A stretch of 33,378 nucleotides of DNA, taken from Octopus bimaculoides (Eukaryota). The DNA is taken from positions 30,889,775-30,923,152 of the forward strand of contig NC_068994.1 of assembly GCF_001194135.2 (NCBI RefSeq), given 5' to 3'. Both the position numbers and the translations under genes were made by a program. The notes below the pieces were generated by a model that had not been told where the DNA came from, did not search any database, and was given only the letters and a program-made list of their open reading frames with translations. This document shows positions 23,064 to 33,378 of this stretch, one piece after another; positions within the stretch are counted from its first letter, which is position 1; each line of letters starts with the position of its first letter.

Positions 23064-24026
23064 TTAATATGGGGTAGGACCACCTTTGGCAGTAATTACA
23101 GCTTGAAGTCTTATTTCTTTATTGCCCACAAGGGACTACACACAGAGGGGACAAACAAGGACAGACAAACGGATTAAGTCGATTATATAGACTCCATTGC
23201 ATAACTGGTACTTAATTTATCGATCCCGAAAGGATGAAAGGTATGGACTCGTACAAAGTTTGAATTGTCTCCAAAGGAATTTTTGTCCATTCTTCAGCTA
23301 AAACAGTCTCCAGTTCTTGTAGTGATGATGATAGCAGATATCGACTCCTTACTTGTTTTTCTAAAATGCACCATAAATGTTCAATAATCTTGAGATCTGG
23401 GGACTGTGGTGGCCAGACAAGATGGTCAACTTCACTAGTATGTTCCTTGTGCCATTCAGTAACAACTTTCGCTGTGTGAATTGGTCCTGAAAGATTGCGG
23501 TTCCCTCTAGAATCAGTTCCGCAACCATAGGATGAATTTGATCAAATAAAATGCTTTAATAGGCTTGACTATTAATTCTGCCATGAAGGGAAACCATTGG
23601 GTCGGCGGATTTCCAAGATATAGCCCCCACCCCAGATCATCACAGATCCTCCTTCATGCTTAACAGTTCGAAGAAGGTAGTCTGGGTCAAATGCTTCTTT
23701 TGGCTGTCACCACACGTATACTCGGCCAGTGGTCGGAAATATCGTAAAGGATGACTCGTCCGAGAAAATAACATTCTTCCACTGCTCTAGGCACCAATTC
23801 TGTAAGGTTTTACTCCGCTCTAAACGCTTTGCAACGTTTGTTTTTGAAAGTAGTGGTTTTCCGATTGCAACCCTCCCGTAAAATCCGGCTTTGTGTAGCT
23901 CACGGCGAACAGTTTTTGTGGAAACTGCGTTCTCGTGGTGGTCATTAAGCTCTGTAGCAATTTGGGGAGCTGTACTTTTGTGATCCTTTCTAACAATTCG
24001 CGTATGAGTCCGACGGCCCCTATCTG
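23064..24026 (-). mobile_element. Decayed Tc1-family (DD34E-type) transposase gene, interrupted by a SINE
   Basis: STKTVRRELHKAGFYGR (HTH), WKNVIFSDES, VKHEGGSVMIWG, FQD[DNAP]IHTAK, WPPQSPDLKIIEHLW, EEWTKIPLETIQTLYESIP and, after the SINE, RLQAVITAKGGPTPY* (23111-23064). Contains stops and frameshifts; TIRs are not visible because of the gaps. Confidence 0.92.
23112..23240 (-). mobile_element. SINE family A 3' part nested in the Tc1 C-terminus
   Basis: Minus strand tttcatcctttcgggatcgataaattaagtaccag..cccttgtgggcaataaagaaata. Confidence 0.88.
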
Positions 24027-24689
24027 NNNNNNNNNNNNNNNNNNNNNNNNNNNNNNNNNNNNNNNNNNNNNNNNNNNNNNNNNNNNNNNNNNNNNNNNNN
24101 NNNNNNNNNNNNNNNNNNNNNNNNNNNNNNNNNNNNNNNNNNNNNNNNNNNNNNNNNNNNNNNNNNNNNNNNNNNNNNNNNNNNNNNNNNNNNNNNNNNN
24201 NNNNNNNNNNNNNNNNNNNNNNNNNNNNNNNNNNNNNNNNNNNNNNNNNNNNNNNNNNNNNNNNNNNNNNNNNNNNNNNNNNNNNNNNNNNNNNNNNNNN
24301 NNNNNNNNNNNNNNNNNNNNNNNNNNNNNNNNNNNNNNNNNNNNNNNNNNNNNNNNNNNNNNNNNNNNNNNNNNNNNNNNNNNNNNNNNNNNNNNNNNNN
24401 NNNNNNNNNNNNNNNNNNNNNNNNNNNNNNNNNNNNNNNNNNNNNNNNNNNNNNNNNNNNNNNNNNNNNNNNNNNNNNNNNNNNNNNNNNNNNNNNNNNN
24501 NNNNNNNNNNNNNNNNNNNNNNNNNNNNNNNNNNNNNNNNNNNNNNNNNNNNNNNNNNNNNNNNNNNNNNNNNNNNNNNNNNNNNNNNNNNNNNNNNNNN
24601 NNNNNNNNNNNNNNNNNNNNNNNNNNNNNNNNNNNNNNNNNNNNNNNNNNNNNNNNNNNNNNNNNNNNNNNNNNNNNNNNNNNNNNNNN
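24027..24689. other. Assembly gap (663 N)
   Basis: Run of N. Confidence 1.
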
Positions 24690-24798
24690 TATACACACAC
24701 ACACACACAAGCATACATACATACGTACATATAGACACACATATATATGTGTGTGTGTATGTGTGTGTGTGTGTGTACATTCATATATATATAAACGT

Positions 24799-24909
24799 AA
24801 CGGGCTTCTTTAAGTTTCCGTCTACCAAATCCGCTCCTGGTGCTATAGCGGAAGACATTTGCCCTAGGTGCCACACAGTAGGACTGTAGCCGGAACCATG
24901 TGGTTCGGA

Positions 24910-24913
<4 letters not shown>
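24799..24913 (-). mobile_element. SINE family B, 5' part
   Basis: gtttccgtctaccaaatcc..gctatagcggaagacatttgccctaggtgccacacagtaggact..ggaaccatgtgg. Confidence 0.8.
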
Positions 24914-24971
<58 letters not shown>

Positions 24972-25095
24972 TGTATACACACATACACACACATATACTC
25001 ACTCATACACACGCACATAAACACATGCAGACACACTCTTCAATGGTATATAAACACGTGCACACACATTCGTCAATGGTATTGGTCGAAAGGCA

Positions 25096-25202
25096 GGAAT
25101 AATAAATCGACCCTATTACTTTACTGATACATTATTTTATTGACCTTAAATGGATGGAATGCAAATTTTGCCTCAAATTTTGCCTCAAATTTTGCCTCAA
25201 AA
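25096..25202 (-). mobile_element. Decayed SINE family A piece with a 12-bp triplication (aaattttgcctc x3)
   Basis: aatcgaccctatta..ctgatacattattttattgacc..ggatggaatgcaaa, followed by three tandem 12-mers at 25162-25198. Confidence 0.5.
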
Positions 25203-25280
25203 ATAAAGAGTCAATATTCTATTGAAAAGTATTTTATTCGACGCCTTCATGATTCTACAAACATACTGACCAATCGAACT

Positions 25281-25323
25281 TTGCTGCTGCTGCTGCTGCT
25301 GCGGGTTTTACTGCTGCTGCTGT

Positions 25324-25417
<94 letters not shown>

Positions 25418-25440
25418 TCAGTGCTGCTGCATTACTACTG
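25281..25440. repeat. Compound (CTG)n-(CTA)n-(ATA)n microsatellite
   Basis: Directly visible. Confidence 0.95.
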
Positions 25441-25614
25441 TTGTTCTTTAACCCTAAGTTTAAATGTGAGGGAACAGACTCATGATGATAGGCGTTCCAA
25501 CCGAGACCTTTCCAACTTCATTTCGGGCATAGTGTAGCTTGGACCAGTTCTTTCAAGATCGTAAAAGTATTACCCAATGACCACGTGGAGGTACGCACAT
25601 TTTATTGCGTTGGG

Positions 25615-26010
25615 TATCGTTGCAGCTGTTGTCATGTTCTGGTCACCGTTGTTGATGCAGTTGTAATGTCGATGCTGTTGTTTTTGTTGCAGCTGTTGAT
25701 GTGCAGTGCTACTGTTTATGTTGTTGATAATGTTGTTGTTGTTGTTCTTCTTATTATTATTGTTAATGTTGTTCTTGCTGTTTGACGTTGTCACTGTTTG
25801 ATGTTGCTGTTGTTGTGATTGTTGTTATGTTATTATTATTGTTGTTGTTTTTGTTGTTGCTATTGTTGTTGATGCGGAGTGTTGCTGTTGCTACAGCTAT
25901 GATTGTTGTTTATGTTGTTATTTGATGTTGTTGTTGTTTGTGTGATCACTCATCATAAAAGCGCCATATTTAGTTTATCGGTTCAATCCATTGTTGTTGT
26001 GTCTATTGTT
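25615..26010. repeat. Degenerate (TTG)n low-complexity tract
   Basis: Directly visible. Confidence 0.85.
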
Positions 26011-26055
26011 GTAGCATTCAAAGCCGTTGCCTAGGAACAATAAGAGAACTAGCCC

Positions 26056-26104
<49 letters not shown>

Positions 26105-26297
26105 GTCATGTGTGTGTATATATACTATGTAATGTGTATGCTATACTATTTGTGTGTGTCTGTTGGTATCCTGTTCGTCTCCTTCCACTACTAATGTGGA
26201 TGATTATCTCAACTAGATTTATTCAATTGAACAGATATCGATGACTTTAAAGACTTACAAGGGACGCTGGCTCGCTGTATGATATCAGTAGTAGAAC

Positions 26298-26405
26298 GAT
26301 CATAATCGTCCTCATCATCAACATCATCACCATCACTATCATCATCACTATCATCACCACCACCCTGCCGCCGCCGCCGCCGCCAAAGCCACCACCACCA
26401 CCACC

Positions 26406-26439
<34 letters not shown>

Positions 26440-26475
26440 TCATCCTCGCCATCACCATCATCACCATCCTCCTCC
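26298..26475. repeat. (CAT)n-(CCG)n-(CCA)n-(CAT)n compound repeat
   Basis: Directly visible. Confidence 0.9.
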
Positions 26476-26695
26476 AAATCTCTCAATATTGCCAAGCAGC
26501 TTTGATTCAGCAATGTAATTACTTCTAATAGCAGTATTATTTCAGTCCCCTTTCTCAACATTTAATACAACAAGCATCTTAAAATACACTATTACCACAA
26601 CAACCATCATAATTCTCCACGGTCATTATCACCACGACTACAACCATCAGTTACAACTCACCGCCTTATACCGACACTATATATATATATATATA

Positions 26696-26815
26696 GTCTA
26701 TCAATCCTGAAAGGAGGAAAGCAAAGTTGTCCTTGGCAACATTTGAACTCAGAATCGCAGTGAACCTGATCGAATACCGCAAGGCATTCTACTTGACTCT
26801 CTAACGACTCTGCCA
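26696..26815 (-). mobile_element. SINE family A, diverged 5' part
   Basis: gaaaggaggaaagcaaagttgtcc..atttgaactcagaa..ctaacgactctgccag. Confidence 0.7.
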
Positions 26816-27406
26816 GTTTATAAGTATCAAACCAGGACAAACCTCTGGGTTTTTGTATGAAGAACTTTTATAACCGAATTGTCCTTATGTACAGTGCACA
26901 TTACTTTTCTCTCCTAACAATATTCTGAACTTCAAATAGTTAGAAAGTTTGTGCATGCGGAGGTACCTATTAAATATTTATAAGAAATAAAGTATGATTA
27001 TCATAAACTTTTAATAGCTCAATAAGATACACTGAATACCATAAATTAGTTATTTTTAATCCCGAAATCCAGGGATATGCAAAACGTCTTTCAACTACCA
27101 TAGTACCTATTTGTGACTTGACATTGCTATTATGAAGTAGGTACACGCCGTGCTAAGTTTAGATGGAGGCATAACATGAGTATATTCCTTAGTTTGTATT
27201 TGAGTTGCACACGCTAGGGTTAGTAATCCTTGCCGATTTCAACATCTTTAGTTTTTCCTTCAAAGAATTTAAGTTTTCCATCCATAATCGAGACATTCCG
27301 GAACATTTCATTGTTAAATGGGACAAATTTAGTCACCAGTCGAGACATCAGGAAGATCATTCAAACAAGGTCTTTTCCAGCCAAACTGAGACGTGTGGTA
27401 AACCTG

Positions 27407-27471
<65 letters not shown>

Positions 27472-27779
27472 AACAGAAACGCAATAGAGGGCATTAAAAC
27501 GTTCGGACAGATAGACGACACAAAGGCGGACAAGAGAAACAACAATTAGAAGGACAGGCAAAAAAGACGGGTCATTCTTGGCTTTCTTTCATCAGTCAAG
27601 TACCAGAAGTCACGACCATTTCGGACAGTTACACTTGAGATGGTTCAATCTGGTTGTCCCCCAAAAAGTCTAAGCTAAGAGTATTAGCCCCCTTGTAAGA
27701 TATATATATGAGTAGCAGAATTAATCCTTAACTTGCTTTATCATCACAATCTGTCGCCTTGTGTGCTTCATCGTCGGCC

Positions 27780-29186
27780 ACCATCTTGAAATTAAACACA
27801 AAGTGTAACTGTATTATCACCGATAGAATACAATATCGCAAAGGCATATTCCAAGGAAACAGCCTCTCTGTTTATACTTTGTGTAAATCCCTTGTCATTC
27901 ATGTTAAGGAAATCTGAAGGATATCTCACAGGTTCACAAGGAAACAGAAATACCAAAATTACATACTGTTTCTTTGTGGATAACTTTAAACTTTATGCAA
28001 AGAATATGTATGAGATGAAAAAAGGCCTTGATACATACATACATGCAATGTTTGCATACATGAAGCTAATAACATCATAAGACTTGGAAGGCAGCTCCTT
28101 GAGCAACACTCTTTTTCTGATAACCTAGAATACATGCCCAAAGAAGTCGCACGACTCTACTGCAACGTATCATCAGATAAAAGGATGAGCCTATATGAGC
28201 AGAAGACTGTGCCTGAATATGTTAGTAGAAAGCTCCGTGATGATAGTAATATCGATCATCAAAGCAGTCTATCTTGGACCAATAGCCAGATTACTACCTC
28301 CCACTTTGAAGGGTATGCATTTGCAATCCAGGAACAAGAAATATCAACCAAGTACCTAATGCACAAAAAGGATAAGATGCGGGAAAGCTGTAAAATGTGA
28401 TAACCGATGCAGACTTTGTGGAGTTCACACTGAAGATATCACCCACATCATAAGCAGTTGTCCGAAAATGTCAAACGGTATTATCTACCGATGAGACATG
28501 ATGTTGTAGCTATGACAATCTATAATGAAATCCGTGGAAAGGATAATAGCCACTCATAATGAAAAGGAATACTGGTGGAATGTACAAGTGAAGACCTCAA
28601 TAAAATGTAAGCACAACAGACCTGATAAAATGATTTTGGGATGGGGAAGAGAAACTGTGCACAGTTGTGAAAATTAGCTGCCCAGTGGATGTTAACATAA
28701 AGCTGAAGATCAATGAAAAAGAGTACACCTATACTGAACTATTGAGAAATCTACAGTTACTCTATCCATATAATAAATTCAGGTTTATACCTGTAATTGC
28801 TGGGGTCCTGGGTTATGTAACACACTGCCTAAATACCAACCTTGAGAAATTAGGCTTCTCAAAACCAGAAAGGAGAAAGCTAGTTCGAATACTACAGATC
28901 CAATCCATCACTGGAATTGTAAAAATCTTTAAAATTTTCCAGACGTTTACCATTTAAATATATATATGAGCATGTCTAGATATGTAACTACATGCATGAG
29001 AACACATACATAAAACATACAAATCTGCACAGAGAACATACATACATACAAACATACAAACAAAAATACCCTGTTGTTGGTGTTGAAATTTAAATGAAGG
29101 AACCTTGGGTCTAGGTTAGAAACCGGTTCTTTCTCTGTTGGCAAGAAATGCTGAAATAAACTGAATTAATACCTACATACATACAT
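27780..29186 (+). mobile_element. R4-clade (RLE-type) LINE, copy 2: RT-core fragment joined to the 3' part
   Basis: KGIFQGNSLS (27841) and FFVDNFKLYAKN (27970) are decayed RT motifs (QGDSLS, YxDDLKLY). At ~28031 the sequence jumps to the segment shared with copy 1: SHFEGYAFAIQEQEI, CRLC..HIISSC, RPD..VKISCP, ..LQIQSITGIVKIFK. Ends in (TACA)n. Confidence 0.9.
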
Positions 29187-29560
29187 AATTTAACATTGCC
29201 TCAGTTGCATATACCAAATTTTATTCAGCCAGGCGGCTATTTACAGCAACAGCCAATCTTTTATTTACTGTTTTCCCACATTGAAAACGACGGATTCTCG
29301 GGAAATCATGTGGCTAGCTACGGAAAAAGCCCATAGGACCGAAATACATTTGGCGTTCTTGCTATCCGCTGTTGGGACGAATTTCTTCTCCCTCCGATAT
29401 TTGTGTCTTAACACAGCACGTTCATGGGACGTTATCTCGGGGCAAATACCACAATAATTGGCCTGTGAACAGTGTATATACATTAACCATGATACATAGA
29501 TACCTACACATACGTACGTATATGTGTATGTGTGTGTATGTAATTCTCTTTCCCTCTCTC

Positions 29561-29617
<57 letters not shown>

Positions 29618-30529
29618 GTGGAGAATGGAGCAACAAATACAAGAAAAAGCATTATTGTTATACTAGATAGCCGTTGTTTTATTACGTGGAACTTGTGTAA
29701 TGAGTCAATGTGGAGGTTGAGGTTATGTAATGAGTCATTTTGTATATTATGCAATAGTCATTTAGGTAGATAGATAGTGAGAGAGATACTTACATGCATA
29801 CATATACGTATATGTTAATATACTATATGCATCGAGTATAAGTGAATTGGTAAAAAGATCGAAGCCTACCACTCTGAATTGTGATTTCTCACCAAACAGT
29901 AAGTAGTTACCGCAGCGGCAATGTAGACTCACAGATCAATGCTGTCGACAAAAGGACTTTGTATAATCAGCAAAAGTTCCTTTTTGTGCCACTGAACTGA
30001 GCTCCTTTCATATACAACGAGATAGACGCAAGATACATAACCCCAATTGTAGTAGAAGCATACCAAATGCTACATCTCTAGGTTAGAGAATCAACAAAAT
30101 CAGATATACGATTCAGTATGCTTTAAAAAACGTCGCATACCGTTCTCTTTCTTTTCTTTCGGTCTCTCTCTCTCTCTCTCTCCCTCTTCTCCTTCTCTCT
30201 CTTTCTCTCCCTCTTCTCCCTATCTCCCCCTCTCTTACTTTCCCTTTTCTTCCTCTCTTCCTCGCTTCTTCTCTCCTTCTCTTGCTCTTCCCCCACTTTC
30301 TCTCACGTGTTCCCCACCATTTTGTATGTGCTGAAATTTTTCCTGCTCCCGAGCAAATCTAAAATAAATGCTCGTATTGTTTACAAGATGTCAATGATAC
30401 GCTGTTACTACCTACTCAGGGTAAGTGTTAAAACAAATGAAATAGTATCTGGTTATCCTTACAAGTATCTAAACTGTAATCTTATTAAGTGGAAGCAAAG
30501 ATATTTAGTCATGCAACAGAGATGGCTTG

Positions 30530-30845
30530 TACTTAAAGCCTATGTTGATAATGAGAGCACGACTGATTGACATAAGAGCCGTTCACCAACACACTCTAGC
30601 CTCTGGCTCACAAACACGCTATCTTTCTTCACTGTCAGTCCTACGGTTCTATACCAGCTTCTGTTGCTTGGAATTGGCTAAACTCGTGCACATCCGCTAC
30701 ATTCGTCTTCCCCCGCCCACATGTCCTCTCCCCTTCCCTTCTTCGCTCCGTTGCTACAACTTGTCCCCAGAATGTCTTCCTTTTGAAATCCCTACCTACG
30801 TTTTCCCTACAACAACTGTCAATTTGTAGATGTTAAGCAGAAACG
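30530..30845 (+). mobile_element. Decayed CR1/L2-group LINE C-terminal relic
   Basis: ARLI..RYLSSLSVLRFY..CCLELAKLV..EIPTYVFPTTTVNL resembles the RR.VASLS.FY..C..EL..LVP..LP..VFP...NL terminus of CR1/L2-group ORF2. Confidence 0.5.
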
Positions 30846-31071
30846 AACCCCTTAGCAATTAAACTTACCATATCCGGCCAAAAGATTCTACCTGTTGTAA
30901 GTTCACACTGACCAGATCCTGCCTTTTCAACCTACCATACAATGTCATTCTATAAATAAACAATTGCATCATCAAAATCTTAGAGCTACAAGATAATGCA
31001 TGATTAATTTAAAACAATGTGAATAAATAAGCATTACATTTGACAAAGTAATGTGAATGCTAAACGGTTAA
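30846..31071. mobile_element. MITE-like element with short imperfect TIRs (TTAA on the right end)
   Basis: Left aaccccttagcaatt vs reverse complement of the right end aaccgtttagcattc (11/15 match); the right end finishes in TTAA; the body resembles an abundant octopus repeat from memory. Confidence 0.45.
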
Positions 31072-31744
31072 ATGCGTCGATCTCAAAGGTGTCTGAAGAC
31101 CTGCAAAAACCCTGGTCTCGTATCCTTCCTCCAGGCCAGGCCAGTATTTCTAATCTCTCCTGTACTCTATTCCTATGTGCCTTTATTTTACTGTAAACGT
31201 TTTACAAGTGTCTGTGTTACATATAAAATTTGACAAAAACCGATCGAGATTGATTACACATCTCTCCCCACAGTAGATGACGCAATGTGTTTATGCAATC
31301 GCGTTTATTTAGTATTGGAGAAATGATCGGTTTATATTAAACAAAAAGTTATGAGAGTATTTAATCAAGGGTACTTACACAATGTATTACGTCAGATGCT
31401 ATGCGGTGTGATGTATAAAATAACTATTCTGTAGTTAACACAGACAATATTTAACAAGTGTTGTGACCTGGTTGACATTATTGTAGTTATCTTGTATCTA
31501 AAAACTATAGTAACAGAGTCGGCATCTACAGACTGTACATTTATTGATTTTTTGATGAGAGATGAGACCAATTTTTGCAAGGAAGTAGATAATGTCGCCT
31601 GAATCTATATCTGTCTTTTGTTGTTATTTATTGCTGAGGAATTAATTGGAGGCTAAATGACCTTGTCGAGTTTGGAATTCAGGAAATAGAAAAACCATAT
31701 TGTAATGTATTTAGTACAGCTCTCTGTCATTTCAGCCAACAGAA

Positions 31745-31978
31745 TGAAAGCCTCTATATGGTAGCGTTATCTGTTAGAAATAATAGTCAAGTATCAGAGT
31801 GCCTTTATATGATGGCTTTACCTGCTAGCAAATATCACTCCAATTAAAACTTACCATCTTGTAAAAAAATTAACTTTGAATTTTGTAGTCCTAGATGTCT
31901 GAGAGGGATGGTCATGTACGGAATTCATTTACCTATAGTTTTGATTGAGCAGGACTTTCTGAGTCTAAGCAACAATAC
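31745..31978 (+). repeat. Unclassified repeat family C
   Basis: Shares motifs with 19270-19560. Confidence 0.45.
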
Positions 31979-32111
31979 TCATTATCAAAGAAGACTGAAG
32001 TTGGCCGACTTACTAATGCAACGTGCTATACGGGTCTCTGTATTTAATTTTGTCTTTCAGTTCTGAGTTCATATCCTACCGAGATAGACATTACATTTAA
32101 CTTTAGATGCA

Positions 32112-32542
32112 GACGAGGCAGTGTAGTTAACAAGCTTACTTTGCAAACACGTGGTTTCAGGTTCAGTTCCACTGCGCCGTACTTTAGGCAAGATCTTGTA
32201 TAGCTCCTGGTTGACCAATGCCTAGTGAGTGAATTTAGTAGACATAATTAAGTGAAGCTTGTCGTATGTTTGTTTGTTTGTTTGTTTGTGTGTGTATGCG
32301 TGTGAGTGTGTGTGTGTGTGTGTGTGATCTTTGCCTAGTGTTTGACACACACCGCTCGACAGCTGGGGTTGATTTTATTACGTCCCCGTTATTTAGCGGT
32401 TCGGCAAAAGACCGATAGAATAAGTATACCGGACTTACAAAATAATTAGTACTGGAGTTGATTTGCTGGACTACCCCCTTCAAGGCGCCCATCCCACCAG
32501 CATGGCCACAGTTCAATGACTGAAACAAGCCAAAGATAAAAC
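32112..32542 (+). mobile_element. SINE family B, near full length
   Basis: ggttcagttccactgc..ttagcggttcggcaaaagaccgatagaataagta..cagcatggccacagttcaatgactgaaacaag. Confidence 0.85.
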
Positions 32543-32554
32543 ATTGCAGTGTGT

Positions 32555-32592
<38 letters not shown>

Positions 32593-32598
<6 letters not shown>

Positions 32599-33067
32599 CT
32601 GCTATTTCCAGTAAATATTGGTGCATTGTTGTACCACTATCTTATTTATACTTTAATCTAATGGTGATTTGTTTTACTGGAAAGCAATACTACTGTATTG
32701 CACTGCTTAATAATTTTTTCTTTGAAAATGTTTTCACTGTTCTCAGTCTGTTAACGGCTCGGCGTTTCAGACGAGTATATACTGGCTTTGATGTAGCGAC
32801 ATTTGAGAGGTGAATCTAGCCGATGAGAACTAATCAAATTTACGTTAACAAGCGTAATTTTGAAAGTTCGAAACCTAGATCTTAGATTATCCACATCTGA
32901 GTTGTACATTTATTTAATGCTCTTCCTACAGATAAAATGAAATTTTTTATCTTCGCCACCCGCTAACATGTTTGCGAGTATATACACACAGTGAGGCTTT
33001 ACTATAGCGTCGTATATTATCGACTGCTAATTCCAGTAAATATTGGTGCATTGTTGTACCACTATCT

Positions 33068-33070
<3 letters not shown>
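32593..33070 (+). mobile_element. 425-bp hammerhead-bearing unit with 53-bp terminal direct repeat (retrozyme/Penelope pLTR-like)
   Basis: 32593-32645 and 33018-33070 are 52/53 identical; (TA)n lies on both outer sides; a hammerhead-like motif is inside. Confidence 0.5.
32813..32888 (+). ncRNA. Type I hammerhead ribozyme-like motif with extended stem II
   Basis: Stem I AAUCUAG/UUAGAUU (7 bp); core CCGAUGA; stem II GAACU/AGUUC plus UCAAAUUUACG/CGUAAUUUUGA (10 of 11 pairs); GAAA; stem III ACCUAGAU; C17 at 32881. Confidence 0.6.
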
Positions 33071-33102
<32 letters not shown>

Positions 33103-33378
33103 ATTTGCGCCGTGGTCAACCGATTCAATTTCAAAAAAGATCCCTTCCGACCAACATCCCCCGGGCTAAATCGATTGCCTTTCGCAACTTCCGTCGTCAA
33201 ACCGACAGATAAATGTGGAGCAGTGGCGGTGTGGTGTTCGGACGTGTACGAGGAGGAAACCCCATATTCTATTACCTCTTTCCCTCAGGCCTCACCCCCT
33301 CCTACCAGTAGCGCCCTCCACCAACCGTGATCTCGACTCCTCTTCTTCCCCCCACTTCTACCGTCACCAACCTCATCG

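Noticed and set aside
25162-25198. Three direct 12-bp repeats, and the 53-bp repeats at 32593/33018, as CRISPR-like arrays
   Set aside because: No spacers of uniform length, too few units, a eukaryotic context and no cas genes.
27585-27665. Minus-strand GAAA..GUC..CUGAUGA arrangement (type II hammerhead order)
   Set aside because: The strands that should form stems I and II are not complementary.
31090-31125. CTGAAGACC..GGTCTCGTAT hammerhead-like string
   Set aside because: The core is mis-spaced and GAAA is absent.

Overview
AT-rich, microsatellite-saturated eukaryotic scaffold segment with five N-gaps. The SINE families and repeat style point to an octopus/coleoid cephalopod genome (inference from recognition, not a database search). 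I recognise no intact protein-coding gene, tRNA, rRNA or CRISPR array, and most ORF-track entries are simple-repeat or gap artefacts. The window contains about 20 tRNA-derived SINE copies of two families, two R4-clade LINE families (a Dong-like one embedded in (TAA)n and a second tied to (TACA)n), a decayed Tc1 transposase interrupted by a SINE, a CR1/L2-like 3' relic and two MITE-like elements. Two hidden signals stand out. (1) There are several type I hammerhead-ribozyme-like motifs with palindromic stem III (119-145 minus, 19023-19053, 32813-32888); the last lies inside a 425-bp unit with a 53-bp terminal redundancy between (TA)n arrays, a Penelope-pLTR/retrozyme-like geometry. (2) A heavily decayed, frameshifted cadherin-repeat (protocadherin-like) relic occupies about 5080-6260. 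Both were found by eye and need computational confirmation. Most element boundaries are approximate (about +/-15 bp).
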